DNA of 64,000 nucleotides from Thermoplasmata archaeon (GTDB lineage: Archaea > Thermoplasmatota > Thermoplasmata > Lutacidiplasmatales > UBA184). The stretch spans positions 12,393 to 76,392 of the forward strand of contig JBARNH010000054.1 in NCBI GenBank assembly GCA_049802875.1, in the 5' to 3' direction. The notes under the pieces are model-generated. The model was not told the DNA's origin. It saw only the letters and a list, made by a program, of their open reading frames with translations, and did no database searches. Shown here piece after piece: positions 24,587 to 34,220 of the stretch. Within the stretch, counting starts at the first letter, position 1, and each line of letters starts with the position of its first letter. Position numbers and translations under genes: made by a program.

Positions 24587-26872
24587 GTGAGCCGAACGGC
24601 GCGGATCTTTATCGGCGTGTCGTGGCCGTATGCGAACGCGGCCCAGCACATCGGGCATCTTGCGAGCACGTACGTCCCCGCCGACATCTTCGCGCGGTTT
24701 CATCGGTTACGAGGCGACGAGGTGCTGATGGTCTCGGGGTCCGACATGCACGGCACCCCGATCCTCGTCGCCGCCGAGAAGTCGAGTACCACCCCAGCCG
24801 AGCTCGCCGAGCGGTTCCACGCCGTGAACCATGCCGCGCTGAAGCGACTCGGGGTCTCGTTCGACCTGTTCACGACCACGCACACGGTCGTCCACGAGCG
24901 GACGGTCCACGAGGTGTTCCTCGCGCTGCTCGAGGGCGGACTGATCCGGCGCCGCACGGAGGAGGCCGCGTACTGCCCGACCGACCGACGTTTCCTTCCG
25001 GACCGATACTTGGAAGGCACCTGCCCTCACTGCAGGTTCGAGAACGCCCGGGGCGACGAGTGCGACAACTGCGGGCGCCCGATCGAGGCGAAGCAGCTCG
25101 GCCACCCGCGGTGCGCCATCGACGGAACCCCCGCCGAGTTCCGACCGTCCGAGCATTTCTATCTCGAACTCGACCGACTGCAACCGAAGCTGGCCGACTA
25201 CCTCGTCCAACAGAAGGACCATTGGCGGCCCGGTGTGTTACGGGTCGCAGAGAACTTCCTCACCGAGGGGCTGCATCCGACTTCGATCACTCGGGATCTG
25301 GAGTGGGGGGTATCGATCCCGCTCGACGGATACGAAACGAAGCGCATCTACGTCTGGTTTGAAGCGCTCGTCGGCTACCTTTCGGCGGCCAAGGAGTGGG
25401 CGATCCGCTCCGGTCGGCCGGAGGCTTGGCGCCGATACTGGGAAGAGCGGGAGCCGGCGCGTCACTACTACTTCGTGGGGAAGGACAACAAGTTCCATCA
25501 CACGGTGGTGTGGCCCGCGATGCTGCTCGGGGTCGGTGGGCTGCACCTACCCTACGACGTTCCGGCGAACGAATGGTTGAACTTGGGAGGGCACAAGATC
25601 TCCAAGTCGCGGACACAGGAGCGCGACGCGTTCCTCCCGTCGATGCTCGAGCGGTATCCGCCGGACCAGATCCGATTCTATGCCGCCCTCCTCGCGCCCC
25701 AGAATCACGACACCGAACTCAACTGGGAGGAGTTCCACAAGGTGCGAGAGGAGATCCTAGCCAATCAGTTCGGGAACCTCGTCCAGCGCACGCTGGTGTT
25801 CGCAAGGGACCGGTGCGAGGGTCGAATCCCCGTGCCTCCCGATGTCGGGCGCGCGGCTGGCCCGGAGGGTCTTGGGGCCCACCTACGTTCGGTCCACGAG
25901 CAGATCACCCGCGAGTACGAGGCCGTCCGTTTGAAGGAAGCGCTCGACCTCACGCTCGACGAAGCTCGCGCGGCGAACCGACGGTACCAGGCATCCCAAC
26001 CGTGGGCGCTCGAGGGGCCGGAGCGCGCTCAATCGGTCTACGAGTCTCTCTGGAGCGTCCGAGCGATCGCGACGTGGCTCGACCCCGTCCTCCCGTTCGC
26101 TTGCGCTGAGGTCTATCGAATGCTCGGCTTTGCCGAACCTCCCGGCACCGGCGACTGGGACCGGGCCGTCGAACCGCCGCCGGCGGGCCAACCGCTGGGA
26201 GAAATCCACCCCCTGTTCCCTCGCACGAGTCCGGGGGAGAGGGGTTCGAGCGGGACCCCACTGCCCCCGCTCACCGCTTCCGGTACGGAGCGATGGCCCC
26301 CCCTCGCGGCGCGGGCGGGGGTAATCCGCGCGGTTTCGGTCCACCCGTCCGCCGACAAGTTGTACGTCCTCGAGGTCGACGTGGGGGAGCCGAAGCCCCG
26401 GACGATTGTCGCCGGACTTCGCTCCTCGTACCGCGAAGAGCAACTGAAGGACCGCCCGGTGATCTTTCTCGCCAACCTGGCCCCGCGTACGATCCGCAAG
26501 ATGACCTCCCAGGGAATGGTCCTTGCCGCGGACGTGGGGGAGGAGCGCGCGGTGCTGCTCCGACCGCCCGACGGCACCCCGCCGGGGGCGTTCGTCGCCG
26601 GAACGACCGAGGCCGATCGCACGATTTCGTACGAGGAGTTCGCTCGCACACCCCTCCTGATCGGTCGCGCAGTGGCCGCCGGATCCGGCGGGATGACCCG
26701 ATTCACGGTCGGCGCACGGGAAGCGGAGGTGACGGGGAATTGGGCGCCGGGCACCGTCGGTGTCGTCCGTCTCGCGTCCGCAGACGCGGAATCGGGCGAG
26801 CTCATCGCCTTCGGCCCCGGCCTCCCCGTGGGACCGTCGGAGCCGGTCGATGCGGGGGCGAAGGTCCGATGA
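24587..26872 (+). CDS. metG: methionine--tRNA ligase with C-terminal tRNA-binding (Trbp111/EMAP-like) domain plus extra tail
   Basis: ANAAQHIGHLAS (HIGH motif), a CPHC...CDNCG zinc knuckle, KISKSR (KMSKS motif) and the C-terminal VHPSADKLYVLEVDVGE...RTIVAGL tRNA-binding fold. Starts at GTG. Confidence 0.95.
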   Translation: MSRTARIFIGVSWPYANAAQHIGHLASTYVPADIFARFHRLRGDEVLMVSGSDMHGTPILVAAEKSSTTPAELAERFHAVNHAALKRLGVSFDLFTTTHTVVHERTVHEVFLALLEGGLIRRRTEEAAYCPTDRRFLPDRYLEGTCPHCRFENARGDECDNCGRPIEAKQLGHPRCAIDGTPAEFRPSEHFYLELDRLQPKLADYLVQQKDHWRPGVLRVAENFLTEGLHPTSITRDLEWGVSIPLDGYETKRIYVWFEALVGYLSAAKEWAIRSGRPEAWRRYWEEREPARHYYFVGKDNKFHHTVVWPAMLLGVGGLHLPYDVPANEWLNLGGHKISKSRTQERDAFLPSMLERYPPDQIRFYAALLAPQNHDTELNWEEFHKVREEILANQFGNLVQRTLVFARDRCEGRIPVPPDVGRAAGPEGLGAHLRSVHEQITREYEAVRLKEALDLTLDEARAANRRYQASQPWALEGPERAQSVYESLWSVRAIATWLDPVLPFACAEVYRMLGFAEPPGTGDWDRAVEPPPAGQPLGEIHPLFPRTSPGERGSSGTPLPPLTASGTERWPPLAARAGVIRAVSVHPSADKLYVLEVDVGEPKPRTIVAGLRSSYREEQLKDRPVIFLANLAPRTIRKMTSQGMVLAADVGEERAVLLRPPDGTPPGAFVAGTTEADRTISYEEFARTPLLIGRAVAAGSGGMTRFTVGAREAEVTGNWAPGTVGVVRLASADAESGELIAFGPGLPVGPSEPVDAGAKVR

Positions 26873-27549
26873 ACGACTTCTCCCGGCTCGACCTTCACGT
26901 ACACTCGAAGTACTCTCCGGATTCTCGCCTGACGCTCGACATGATCGTCGGACGCCTCGCGTACGCCGAACTGAAGGGGTTCGCCCTCACCGACCACAAC
27001 ACGGTTCGAGGTCACGCCACCCTGCTCAAGCTGCAACGACAGCACCCCGAGTACCTGCTCCTACCGGGGGTGGAGGTCTCCACCGTCGAGGGGCATCTCC
27101 TGGCGTACGGCGTCGGGGAAGCTCCGCCGCCCCATCGACCGATCCTCGAGACGCTGGACTGGGTACGGGCGCACGGCGGAGAAGCGGTGCCGGCCCATCC
27201 GTTCCGGCGGACGCACGGGGTCGGACGCGCCGTCGCGCAGTCCGCACCCGTATCGGCGATCGAGACACGGAACGGTCACGACTCCGAGATCACGAACCTC
27301 CGGGCGGAGAAGCTCGCGGCCCACCGAAATCTCGGAGCGACGGGCGGGAGCGACGCCCACGCGACGAAGGATCTCGGACGAGCGTACACGGAGTTCGACT
27401 CCGCGGTCAACTCCGTGGACGATCTGCTCGAGAGCCTCCGGAAACGGACGACCTCGGCGGAGGGTCAATCGCTGACGCTTCCGGGTCGTTTGCGCCTCGG
27501 ACTCCGCACGGGTCTCCTGCTCGCGCGACGGGGTTTTCGTCCGATCTAG
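26869..27549 (+). CDS. PHP-domain metal-dependent phosphoesterase
   Basis: MNDFSRLDLHVHSKYSPDS...FALTDHNTVRGH...PAHPFR...GGSDAH. Its ATG overlaps the metG TGA (ATGA at 26869-26872). The track ORF 26293..27549 extension lies inside metG. Confidence 0.82.
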   Translation: MNDFSRLDLHVHSKYSPDSRLTLDMIVGRLAYAELKGFALTDHNTVRGHATLLKLQRQHPEYLLLPGVEVSTVEGHLLAYGVGEAPPPHRPILETLDWVRAHGGEAVPAHPFRRTHGVGRAVAQSAPVSAIETRNGHDSEITNLRAEKLAAHRNLGATGGSDAHATKDLGRAYTEFDSAVNSVDDLLESLRKRTTSAEGQSLTLPGRLRLGLRTGLLLARRGFRPI

Positions 27550-27577
27550 GGCTCCGCGTTCCCCGGCGGCCCCACGG

Positions 27578-27585
27578 CTTTAAGC
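27578..27585 (+). promoter_or_regulatory. TATA-like box CTTTAAGC for tRNA-Cys
   Basis: Centred about 27 nt upstream of the mature 5' end at 27608. Confidence 0.55.
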
Positions 27586-27607
27586 GGTGCGCTCTTGCCC
27601 CCGCCGC

Positions 27608-27680
27608 GCCGAGGTGGCAGAATGGTTAATGCGACGGACTGCAGATCCGTTTCCTGGGGGTTCGATTCCCTCCCTCGGCT
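27608..27680 (+). tRNA. tRNA-Cys (GCA)
   Basis: Folded by hand. Acceptor GCCGAGG/CCTCGGC, anticodon stem ACGGA/TCCGT with loop CTGCAGA, T arm GGGGG-TTCGATT-CCCTC, discriminator T. 73 nt, no intron and no encoded CCA. Confidence 0.9.
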
Positions 27681-27837
27681 CGAAATTCCCGGCTCCCCGA
27701 CGGCTCGATTCCCCGACGGCCCCGAGTCCCGGCGACCCACTAGCGGGATAGCGGCCGCCGCCGCGCGGGACGCCCGGTGCGGCATCCGAAAGAGCCATTT
27801 CGTGAGAGGTTTCTTTCGCGCCCGGAGTACTGCTGCG

Positions 27838-28491
27838 ATGACCACCTCCCGGTCCTACCGTTCACGGTCGACCGCCGTAGGTGCCGGGCTGATCGCCCTC
27901 GCGGTGGTCCAATTCACCGTCGCGATGATCGTGGTCCAGCTCCGTTATCCGGGGTACTCGGACCTGGCGAACTACATCAGCGACTTGGGGAACACCGCGA
28001 CCTCTCCGTGGTATGGGGTATTCAACGTCTCGATCATTCTGCTCGGGGTTCTCGCATTCGCCGGGATCCTTCTGGCATGGAACGGATTTCCCTCCGGCGT
28101 TGCCCGTGCGGTCGGGCTCTCCCTGCTCCTGGTCGCCAGCGTCGGGGCGATCCTGGTCGGATACTTTCCCGAGAACGTGAACCCGACGGTGCACAGGCTG
28201 GCCTCGTTGACGGTCTTCGGCCCGGGGGGCGTCGCGCTCATCCTCGTCGCCAGCGGGCTGCGTCCCGGAACGACCTGGCACTGGCTCCGGTGGATCTCCG
28301 TCGTCCTCGGGCTCGTCACGCTCGTATCCCTGGCGTACTACGTTCCGACGCAGGCGGTCAATTCGACGTGGGACCCGGGGTTGGTCGAACGCTTCATCGT
28401 CGCGCCGATTCTGATCTGGGGTGTCCTGGCGGCGGTGAACCTCAACCGGCTCCCTTGGCCGGACCGTTCTCCATCCCCCGGGACGTCCTGA
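27838..28491 (+). CDS. DUF998-like polytopic membrane protein
   Basis: 217 aa from ATG 27838, about six predicted TM helices, with NYISDLGNTATSPWYGVFN typical of DUF998. The upstream part of track ORF 27595..28491 runs through the tRNA gene. Confidence 0.55.
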   Translation: MTTSRSYRSRSTAVGAGLIALAVVQFTVAMIVVQLRYPGYSDLANYISDLGNTATSPWYGVFNVSIILLGVLAFAGILLAWNGFPSGVARAVGLSLLLVASVGAILVGYFPENVNPTVHRLASLTVFGPGGVALILVASGLRPGTTWHWLRWISVVLGLVTLVSLAYYVPTQAVNSTWDPGLVERFIVAPILIWGVLAAVNLNRLPWPDRSPSPGTS

Positions 28492-28564
28492 AGGACGTCG
28501 CACGCCCCGGCTCCCTACTGCAACGTCCGAGGTCGATCGGTTCGCGCGGTCGGGGTCGCGATCG

Positions 28565-29023
28565 TTACGGTGCGGCGGACTTCTTGACCGCCGGAGATTT
28601 CACCACGAGGACCGAACATCTTGCGTGGTGGAGGATCCCGTCCGAGACACTTCCGAGGAAGAACCGGCCGGGGGCGCCGAGCCCGCGGGAGCCTACCACG
28701 ACGAGATCGATCGAATGCTTATCCACGTAGGCGACCACCCCGTCCACGGGGTCTCCCTCGAGGAGGTGGGTCTCGACGTTGGGCACTCCCTCGGCCTTCA
28801 GGCGCGATTTCTGGGCGGCCAGGTCGCGGCGGGCCGCGTCGAGCATGCGCTCGACGCCCTCTCCCGCCGGCAACGAGACGCCGAAACCCTGCGAGACGAG
28901 CGGGACGGCGCCGACGATCGTCAATCGGGCGCCGTGACGGCGGGCGATATCCGCACCCTCGTCCAGCGCCGTCACCGACTGCGGCGAGCCGTCGTACGCC
29001 ACCACGATCGAGCGAATCGTCAT
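28565..29023 (-). CDS. universal stress protein (UspA family)
   Basis: MTIRSIVVAYDGSPQS...DLVVVGSRGLGAPGRFFLGSVSDGILHHARCSVLVV. I trimmed the start to ATG 29023. The rest of track ORF 28565..30019 is antisense to ndh. Confidence 0.88.
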   Translation of the reverse strand: MTIRSIVVAYDGSPQSVTALDEGADIARRHGARLTIVGAVPLVSQGFGVSLPAGEGVERMLDAARRDLAAQKSRLKAEGVPNVETHLLEGDPVDGVVAYVDKHSIDLVVVGSRGLGAPGRFFLGSVSDGILHHARCSVLVVKSPAVKKSAAP

Positions 29024-29125
29024 TCGTGCCCGACACTCCGACGCGCTTGATAGCCGTTGCTCGGTACCCCACACTCCCTCCCGCGGAAGCGTCAACCCTA
29101 AGGCCCCCGACGGCGAGTACCGTCG

Positions 29126-30337
29126 ATGGCCGTTCCGAAGTCCGCGACGGGGAACGAGGGAGTCCTCCCGGCCGTGGTGTTGGGCGCCGGTTACGCGGGC
29201 CTCACCGTCGCCCAGGAGATCGACCGACGTTCGCGAGGCCGAGTGCCGGTCGTTCTCGTCGATCGAAACCCGGTCCACGTCCTCCGCACCGAACTGTACG
29301 AGATCGGCAAGTTGGCGGCGTCCGGTGACGTCACCGATCCTTGGGTCGTACCCCTGGCCCAGACGCTCGACCGGACCACGATCACCTTTCGTCAAGGCAC
29401 CGTTCGGTCGATCGACCTCGCCGGCCGGACGGTCACGCTCGACTCGGGCGCGGTCGGATTCCGCGCCCTCGCGATCTGCCTGGGGAGCGTGGCCGCGTAC
29501 TACGGCGTTCCGGGAGCGGCCGAGAACACGCATCAGGTCTATCGCCTCTCGGGAGCGAAGAAGCTCGCGGCCGCGATCCGGGATGTGGAGACGGCGTCCG
29601 CTTCCCTCCCCGGGGAGCGGCGGCCCCGGATCCTGATCGTCGGTGGGGGATCGACGGGAACGGAGCTCGCCGCGGAGATCGCGACGACCGATTGGCGTAC
29701 CATCGCCGACCCGAAGTCCCGGCCGCCGGACGTGTACCTGTTGGCGGGGTCGTTGCCGTTCCTCGCGGGCTTCCCGCCGGCGCTGGTCGAACGCGCCCGG
29801 CGAATCCTGGGGCGATCCCGCGTCAACATCATCCACGGTCTCAACGTCACCCGCGTGGACCCCGGCCGACTCTCCCTGGAGGACGGGTCGACGCTCGCAT
29901 ACGACGTGGCGGTCTGGTGCGCGGGACTCGAAGCACCGACGATCGTGCGAGAGCTCCCCGTCCCGCACGGCCGGTCGAGTCGGATCGCGGTCGAGGGGAC
30001 CCTGGAAGTGCCGGGCCACCCCGGGGTCTTCGCCGTGGGCGACGTCATCGAACTGCGAGACCCGATCACGGGGACGCCGGTGCCGGGGACGGCGCAGGCC
30101 GCGCTCGCCGGGGCTCGGGTCGCCGCGCGGAACCTCGTGGCGCGATGGGGCGAAAAACCCCTCGCCCCGTTCCGCTACAACGAGCGCGGGGTCGTCGTCG
30201 CGCTCGGGCTTGGACAGGCCGCAGGGTCGGTCCGGCGCGTGCCGATCTGGGGGAGCCCCGCGGCGCTCCTCAAACGGATCGTCCAGCGCGACTATGCGAC
30301 CTCGGTCGAGCGCGGAGAGTCGCCCACCCTCATTTGA
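29126..30337 (+). CDS. ndh: type II NADH dehydrogenase-like FAD/NAD(P)-dependent oxidoreductase
   Basis: AVVLGAGYAGLTVA...ILIVGGGSTGTELAAEIA...FAVGDV shows two Rossmann GxGxxG motifs in NDH-2 order. Confidence 0.82.
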   Translation: MAVPKSATGNEGVLPAVVLGAGYAGLTVAQEIDRRSRGRVPVVLVDRNPVHVLRTELYEIGKLAASGDVTDPWVVPLAQTLDRTTITFRQGTVRSIDLAGRTVTLDSGAVGFRALAICLGSVAAYYGVPGAAENTHQVYRLSGAKKLAAAIRDVETASASLPGERRPRILIVGGGSTGTELAAEIATTDWRTIADPKSRPPDVYLLAGSLPFLAGFPPALVERARRILGRSRVNIIHGLNVTRVDPGRLSLEDGSTLAYDVAVWCAGLEAPTIVRELPVPHGRSSRIAVEGTLEVPGHPGVFAVGDVIELRDPITGTPVPGTAQAALAGARVAARNLVARWGEKPLAPFRYNERGVVVALGLGQAAGSVRRVPIWGSPAALLKRIVQRDYATSVERGESPTLI

Positions 30338-30390
30338 CGGGAGCCCCCGGCAAGGCGGATATTCCCGGAGCGGGTCGCCCGCGCAGTACG

Positions 30391-31365
30391 ATGAAGGCGC
30401 TCGTGCTCATCGGCGGGTTCGGAACACGACTGCGGCCGGTCACGTACTCAGTGCCGAAACAGTTGATCCCGATTGCCGGGAAGCCGATGTTGTACCACGT
30501 CATCGATTGCCTTCCCGACGACGTCGAGGAGGTGGTCCTTGCGACCGGATACAAATCCGATCTGATCGAAGCGTACGTGCGGGCCCACCCGCTGCGCTGG
30601 CCGACCCGCTCCGTCCCGGAAGCCGACCCCCTGGGGACCGGCGGTGCCATGAAGAATGCCGGCGGGGAGATGTCCGACCCGTTCTTCCTCCTCAACTCGG
30701 ACGTCATCTCGTCGGCGGACCTCGGCGCGCTGCGGGCGACGCACGAGGCGCGGCACGGGATCGGCACGATGGCCTTGTTCGAGGTCGATGACCCCGAGCC
30801 GTACGGCGTCGCGGCGCTCGGACCGTCGGACCGGATCACCGCGTTCGTGGAGAAACCAAAACTGAAGGACGCCCCCTCCCGTTGGATCAACGCGGGGCTC
30901 TCGGTTTGGCGACGGGACGTCCTCGACCACATCCCCCCCGGGCGTGCGCTGAGCTTCGAACGGGAGGTGGTGCCCGGCCTGCTCGTCCAGGGGGTCTTCG
31001 CGTTCCGGCTCACTCGGTACTTCGAGGACGCCGGGACCCCCGACCGGTTGCTGCATGCTCAGCAACTCCTGTTCGACGACCACCGGGGAGGGGACGGAGG
31101 TGTTCCGCCGGGCGCACGGGGGACCGGGCCGGTCGCGAGCATGGGAGAATCGGTCGTGCAAGCAGCGACGTTCGGAAAGTACGTCACCCTCGGTCCGGGG
31201 GTGACCGTCTCGCCCGGGGCGCACGTAGAGAACTCGATCCTGCTGGACGGGACCGTGGTCGATCGGGATGCGACGGTCAGCGGTTCGATCTTGGGCCCAA
31301 AGGTCCACGTCCGCGCGGGGCACCGGGTCGAGGGGAAGGTGCTCGGCGAAGGCGCCGACGCCTGA
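30391..31365 (+). CDS. sugar-phosphate nucleotidyltransferase (mannose-1-P guanylyl-/glucose-1-P thymidylyl-transferase-like) with C-terminal left-handed beta-helix
   Basis: MKALVLIGGFGTRLRPVTYSVPKQLIPIAGKPML...GTGGA...EKP, followed by hexapeptide-like repeats. Trimmed to in-frame ATG 30391. Confidence 0.88.
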   Translation: MKALVLIGGFGTRLRPVTYSVPKQLIPIAGKPMLYHVIDCLPDDVEEVVLATGYKSDLIEAYVRAHPLRWPTRSVPEADPLGTGGAMKNAGGEMSDPFFLLNSDVISSADLGALRATHEARHGIGTMALFEVDDPEPYGVAALGPSDRITAFVEKPKLKDAPSRWINAGLSVWRRDVLDHIPPGRALSFEREVVPGLLVQGVFAFRLTRYFEDAGTPDRLLHAQQLLFDDHRGGDGGVPPGARGTGPVASMGESVVQAATFGKYVTLGPGVTVSPGAHVENSILLDGTVVDRDATVSGSILGPKVHVRAGHRVEGKVLGEGADA

Positions 31366-31366
31366 G

Positions 31367-32407
31367 CTAACCGGCGGCCGGTCCGGTAACCACCACTTTG
31401 ACGGATTCGTCGGGTTGGCCGGCGAGACGGAACGCCTCTTCGAGGCGCCCGAGCGGGATGCGGTGGGTCACGAGGTCCGAGAGCGCCAGCTGCCCGGTCG
31501 AGACGAGGCGGTGCACTTCCGCGATGTCCGGCTCGGTCGTAGCGTACGATGGGATCAGCCGCACCCCGCGCAGGTAGAGGTCCTGGAGGTCGGCGTCGAG
31601 GCGACCTCCGGCTTCGGGGAGCCCGAACAGATTGACCGTGCCCCCGCGTCGGACCAGTTGGGTCGCGAGTCGCGCCACGGTCGGCTGTCCGGTCGCGACC
31701 ACGACGAGGTCAGCGCCCTGGCCGCCGGTCGCCCGGTCGACCGCCGCCTTCACCGCGCCGTCCTCCCGCGGGTCGACGGTCACGTCGACCCCGCCGTGTT
31801 CGGCGGCCGCCCGGCGCAACGGAGCGATCTCGCTCCCTCCCACCCATCCGGCGCCGAGCGCGCGGGCGAGCCGGGCGTACAGCAGTCCGACGGGGCCGAG
31901 CCCGAGAACGAGGACGGAACTCCCCTGGACGAGGCCGACACGGTGGATCGCCGTGAGCGCGCATCCGGCCGGCTCGAGCAGGGTCCCGACCTCCCAGTCG
32001 ATTCGGGGACTGAGCCGGAGGACTGCTCCGCGACGGACGTTCTCCTCGGGGACCCGGAACGCCTCCGCGAACCCCCCCGGGTCGATGTTGGTCCGGGAAT
32101 ACGTCGGGCAGAACGTGAAATCGCCCCGGGCGCACACCGCGCAGGAGTAGCACGGCACGTGGTGGTGGACGAAGACTCGGTCTCCCACCGAGAGGTCCGC
32201 CACTCCCGAACCGACTTGGGAGACCCGTCCCACCGGTTCGTGGCCCAGAATGCCCGCGCTTCGATAATTCCCGCGCAGCTTCTCCAGATCGGTGCCGCAC
32301 ACCCCGCAGGCGCCGAGGGCGACGACGATCTCGCCCGCAGCGGCCTCGGGCAGCGGCCGTTCCTCGAGCTCGACCGTGCCGCCGCCCGCGAGGCGACCGA
32401 ACTTCAT
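31367..32407 (-). CDS. zinc-dependent medium-chain alcohol/polyol dehydrogenase
   Basis: CGVCGTDLEKL...GHEPVGRV...CYSCAVCARGDFTFC...VLVLGLGPVGLL. Its ATG 32407 overlaps the TGA of the aminotransferase gene (ATGA). Confidence 0.88.
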   Translation of the reverse strand: MKFGRLAGGGTVELEERPLPEAAAGEIVVALGACGVCGTDLEKLRGNYRSAGILGHEPVGRVSQVGSGVADLSVGDRVFVHHHVPCYSCAVCARGDFTFCPTYSRTNIDPGGFAEAFRVPEENVRRGAVLRLSPRIDWEVGTLLEPAGCALTAIHRVGLVQGSSVLVLGLGPVGLLYARLARALGAGWVGGSEIAPLRRAAAEHGGVDVTVDPREDGAVKAAVDRATGGQGADLVVVATGQPTVARLATQLVRRGGTVNLFGLPEAGGRLDADLQDLYLRGVRLIPSYATTEPDIAEVHRLVSTGQLALSDLVTHRIPLGRLEEAFRLAGQPDESVKVVVTGPAAG

Positions 32408-33795
32408 TCGCGGGCGCGGGCCGCGACGACCGCCGCGTCCAGGATCTCGACGGCCTCGTCGATCTCCTCCCGACGAACGACCAGCGGGGGGATGTAGCGG
32501 AGCGTCGACTTCCCGCACGGCAGCAAAATGAGGCCGCGCCGGTACGACTCCTCGAGGACATGGTCCCGGAACCGGACCGCCGGCTCCTTCGTCCGGCGGT
32601 CACGAACGAACTCGGTCGCCGTCATGAGGCCGAGGCCGCGCACGTCGCCGATCTCGTCGTGCCGTCCCTGCAGCTCTCGGAGGCGCTCCATGAGGTGGGC
32701 GCCCTGAACTCGCGCGTTGTCGAGGAGGTGTTCCTTCTCGATGATGTCGAGGGTGGCGAGCGACGCCGCCGCGGCGATGAGGTTGCCCCCGAACGTGTTC
32801 GAGTGGGCGCCGTTGACCGTGAAGTCGAGGTCGGAGCGGAACGCGACCGCGCCCATCGGGATCCCGCCCCCGATCGCCTTCGCCATGGTCACGATGTCCG
32901 GCACGATCCCGTGGTGCTCTATCGCGAACCACCGTCCGGTGCGGCCGATGCCGGCCTGGACCTCGTCGTCGATGAACAGGATGCCGTGCTCGTCCAGGAT
33001 CGACTTGACGGTCGAGTGCCACCCTGGGGGCGGAACGATGTAGCCGCCCTCGCCCATCACGGGCTCCACGATCATCGCCGCGACGTCCTCCGGGGGGATC
33101 GAGGTCTGGAAGTACAGTTCCTTGAGGATCTTCGCGCAGTAAAGATCACAGCTCGGGTACTCCAGCTTGTACGGGCATCGGTAGCAGTTGGGCGCCGGGA
33201 TGTGGTGGCCCCCGGTGACGTACGGCGCGTACCGGGCCCGCTGGACGGGCTTCGACGTGGTCATCGAGAGCGCGCCCATCGTCCGACCGTGGAACGCCCC
33301 CAAGAGGCCGATCACGATCGGTCGCTGCCGTTGCCAGCGGGCGATCTTGAGCGCGGCTTCGGCGCTCTCCGTCCCGCTGTTCGTGAAGAAAACCCGCTTG
33401 TCGAACTCCCCGGGGACGATCTTCGCGATCCGTTCCGCCAGACGGACCTGGTTCTCGTAATAGTAGTCGGTGCCGGCGAAATGACTCAGCCGTCCGACCT
33501 GGTCCCGAACGGCGCGAACGACCTCGGGGTGGGCGTATCCGACGTTGTTGACCGCCACCCCCGAGGCAAAATCGAGCAGACGGTTCCCGTCGACGTCGGT
33601 GATCCAGACCCCGTTCCCGGACTCGGCGACGATCGGGGAGGTCTTGGTCGTGGTCATCATGATCGCGTGGTCCCGTGCGATGATCGCGCGGGCCCGAGGT
33701 CCTGGGATCGGGGTCTTGAGCACCACGCCCCGCTTCGGCGAGGTGGCCGGCTCGGTGGGCGCTCCGGATGCCGGGGGAGGAATGCTCTGGCTCAT
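32404..33795 (-). CDS. class III PLP aminotransferase (4-aminobutyrate/acetylornithine aminotransferase family)
   Basis: FTNSGTESAEAALKIAR...FIDDEVQAGIGRTGRWFAIEHHGIVPDIVTMAKAIGGGIPMGAV contains the PLP-binding Lys. Confidence 0.92.
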   Translation of the reverse strand: MSQSIPPPASGAPTEPATSPKRGVVLKTPIPGPRARAIIARDHAIMMTTTKTSPIVAESGNGVWITDVDGNRLLDFASGVAVNNVGYAHPEVVRAVRDQVGRLSHFAGTDYYYENQVRLAERIAKIVPGEFDKRVFFTNSGTESAEAALKIARWQRQRPIVIGLLGAFHGRTMGALSMTTSKPVQRARYAPYVTGGHHIPAPNCYRCPYKLEYPSCDLYCAKILKELYFQTSIPPEDVAAMIVEPVMGEGGYIVPPPGWHSTVKSILDEHGILFIDDEVQAGIGRTGRWFAIEHHGIVPDIVTMAKAIGGGIPMGAVAFRSDLDFTVNGAHSNTFGGNLIAAAASLATLDIIEKEHLLDNARVQGAHLMERLRELQGRHDEIGDVRGLGLMTATEFVRDRRTKEPAVRFRDHVLEESYRRGLILLPCGKSTLRYIPPLVVRREEIDEAVEILDAAVVAARARE

Positions 33796-33880
33796 CGACT
33801 CACCAACCCCTCCACGGTCCGCCGAGACCTAAAGGCTTGCCGGCCGCAGAGACCCCCTGCGACGCCGAGTGGAACGTCTC

Positions 33881-33888
33881 CTTTTATG
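33881..33888 (+). promoter_or_regulatory. TATA-like box CTTTTATG
   Basis: Centred about 31 nt upstream of ATG 33916. It overlaps the alternative ATG 33886, which argues against that start. Confidence 0.35.
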
Positions 33889-33915
33889 CCGACCGTCCAG
33901 GTCGAAGGCTCACCC

Positions 33916-34206
33916 ATGGGTTCGGCGGAGGACGCGGCGGACCCGATCGGTCCGGAACTCGAGGAGATCCGAAAGGTGGTCCCCGGCCGGGCGGTGCTCA
34001 CCGAGCTCGCGCGCGGCTTCCTCCTCGTCCACGAGTCGAACCCGAACCGTGCGGTCCGCTTCGCGGAGACGTTCTTGCGGGAGTGTTCTGCGTCGGAGCT
34101 CCCGGAACGCGTCGAGACGACCCGTCCGGTGACCTTCGCCCGACTCCGGCTAGGGCGCCTCCCTCGGAGCGCGGTCGACCCCACGAACTTCCCTCCGCGC
34201 CGTTGA
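33916..34206 (+). CDS. small hypothetical protein (96 aa)
   Basis: This is the 3' tail of track ORF 32560..34206, which upstream is antisense to the aminotransferase. MGSAEDAADPIGPELEEIRKVVPGRAVLTELARGFLLVHESNPNRAVRFAETFLRECSASELPER... has a balanced, non-Arg-biased composition. No family recognised. Confidence 0.35.
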   Translation: MGSAEDAADPIGPELEEIRKVVPGRAVLTELARGFLLVHESNPNRAVRFAETFLRECSASELPERVETTRPVTFARLRLGRLPRSAVDPTNFPPRR

Positions 34207-34220
34207 TCGACGGCCGCGGT

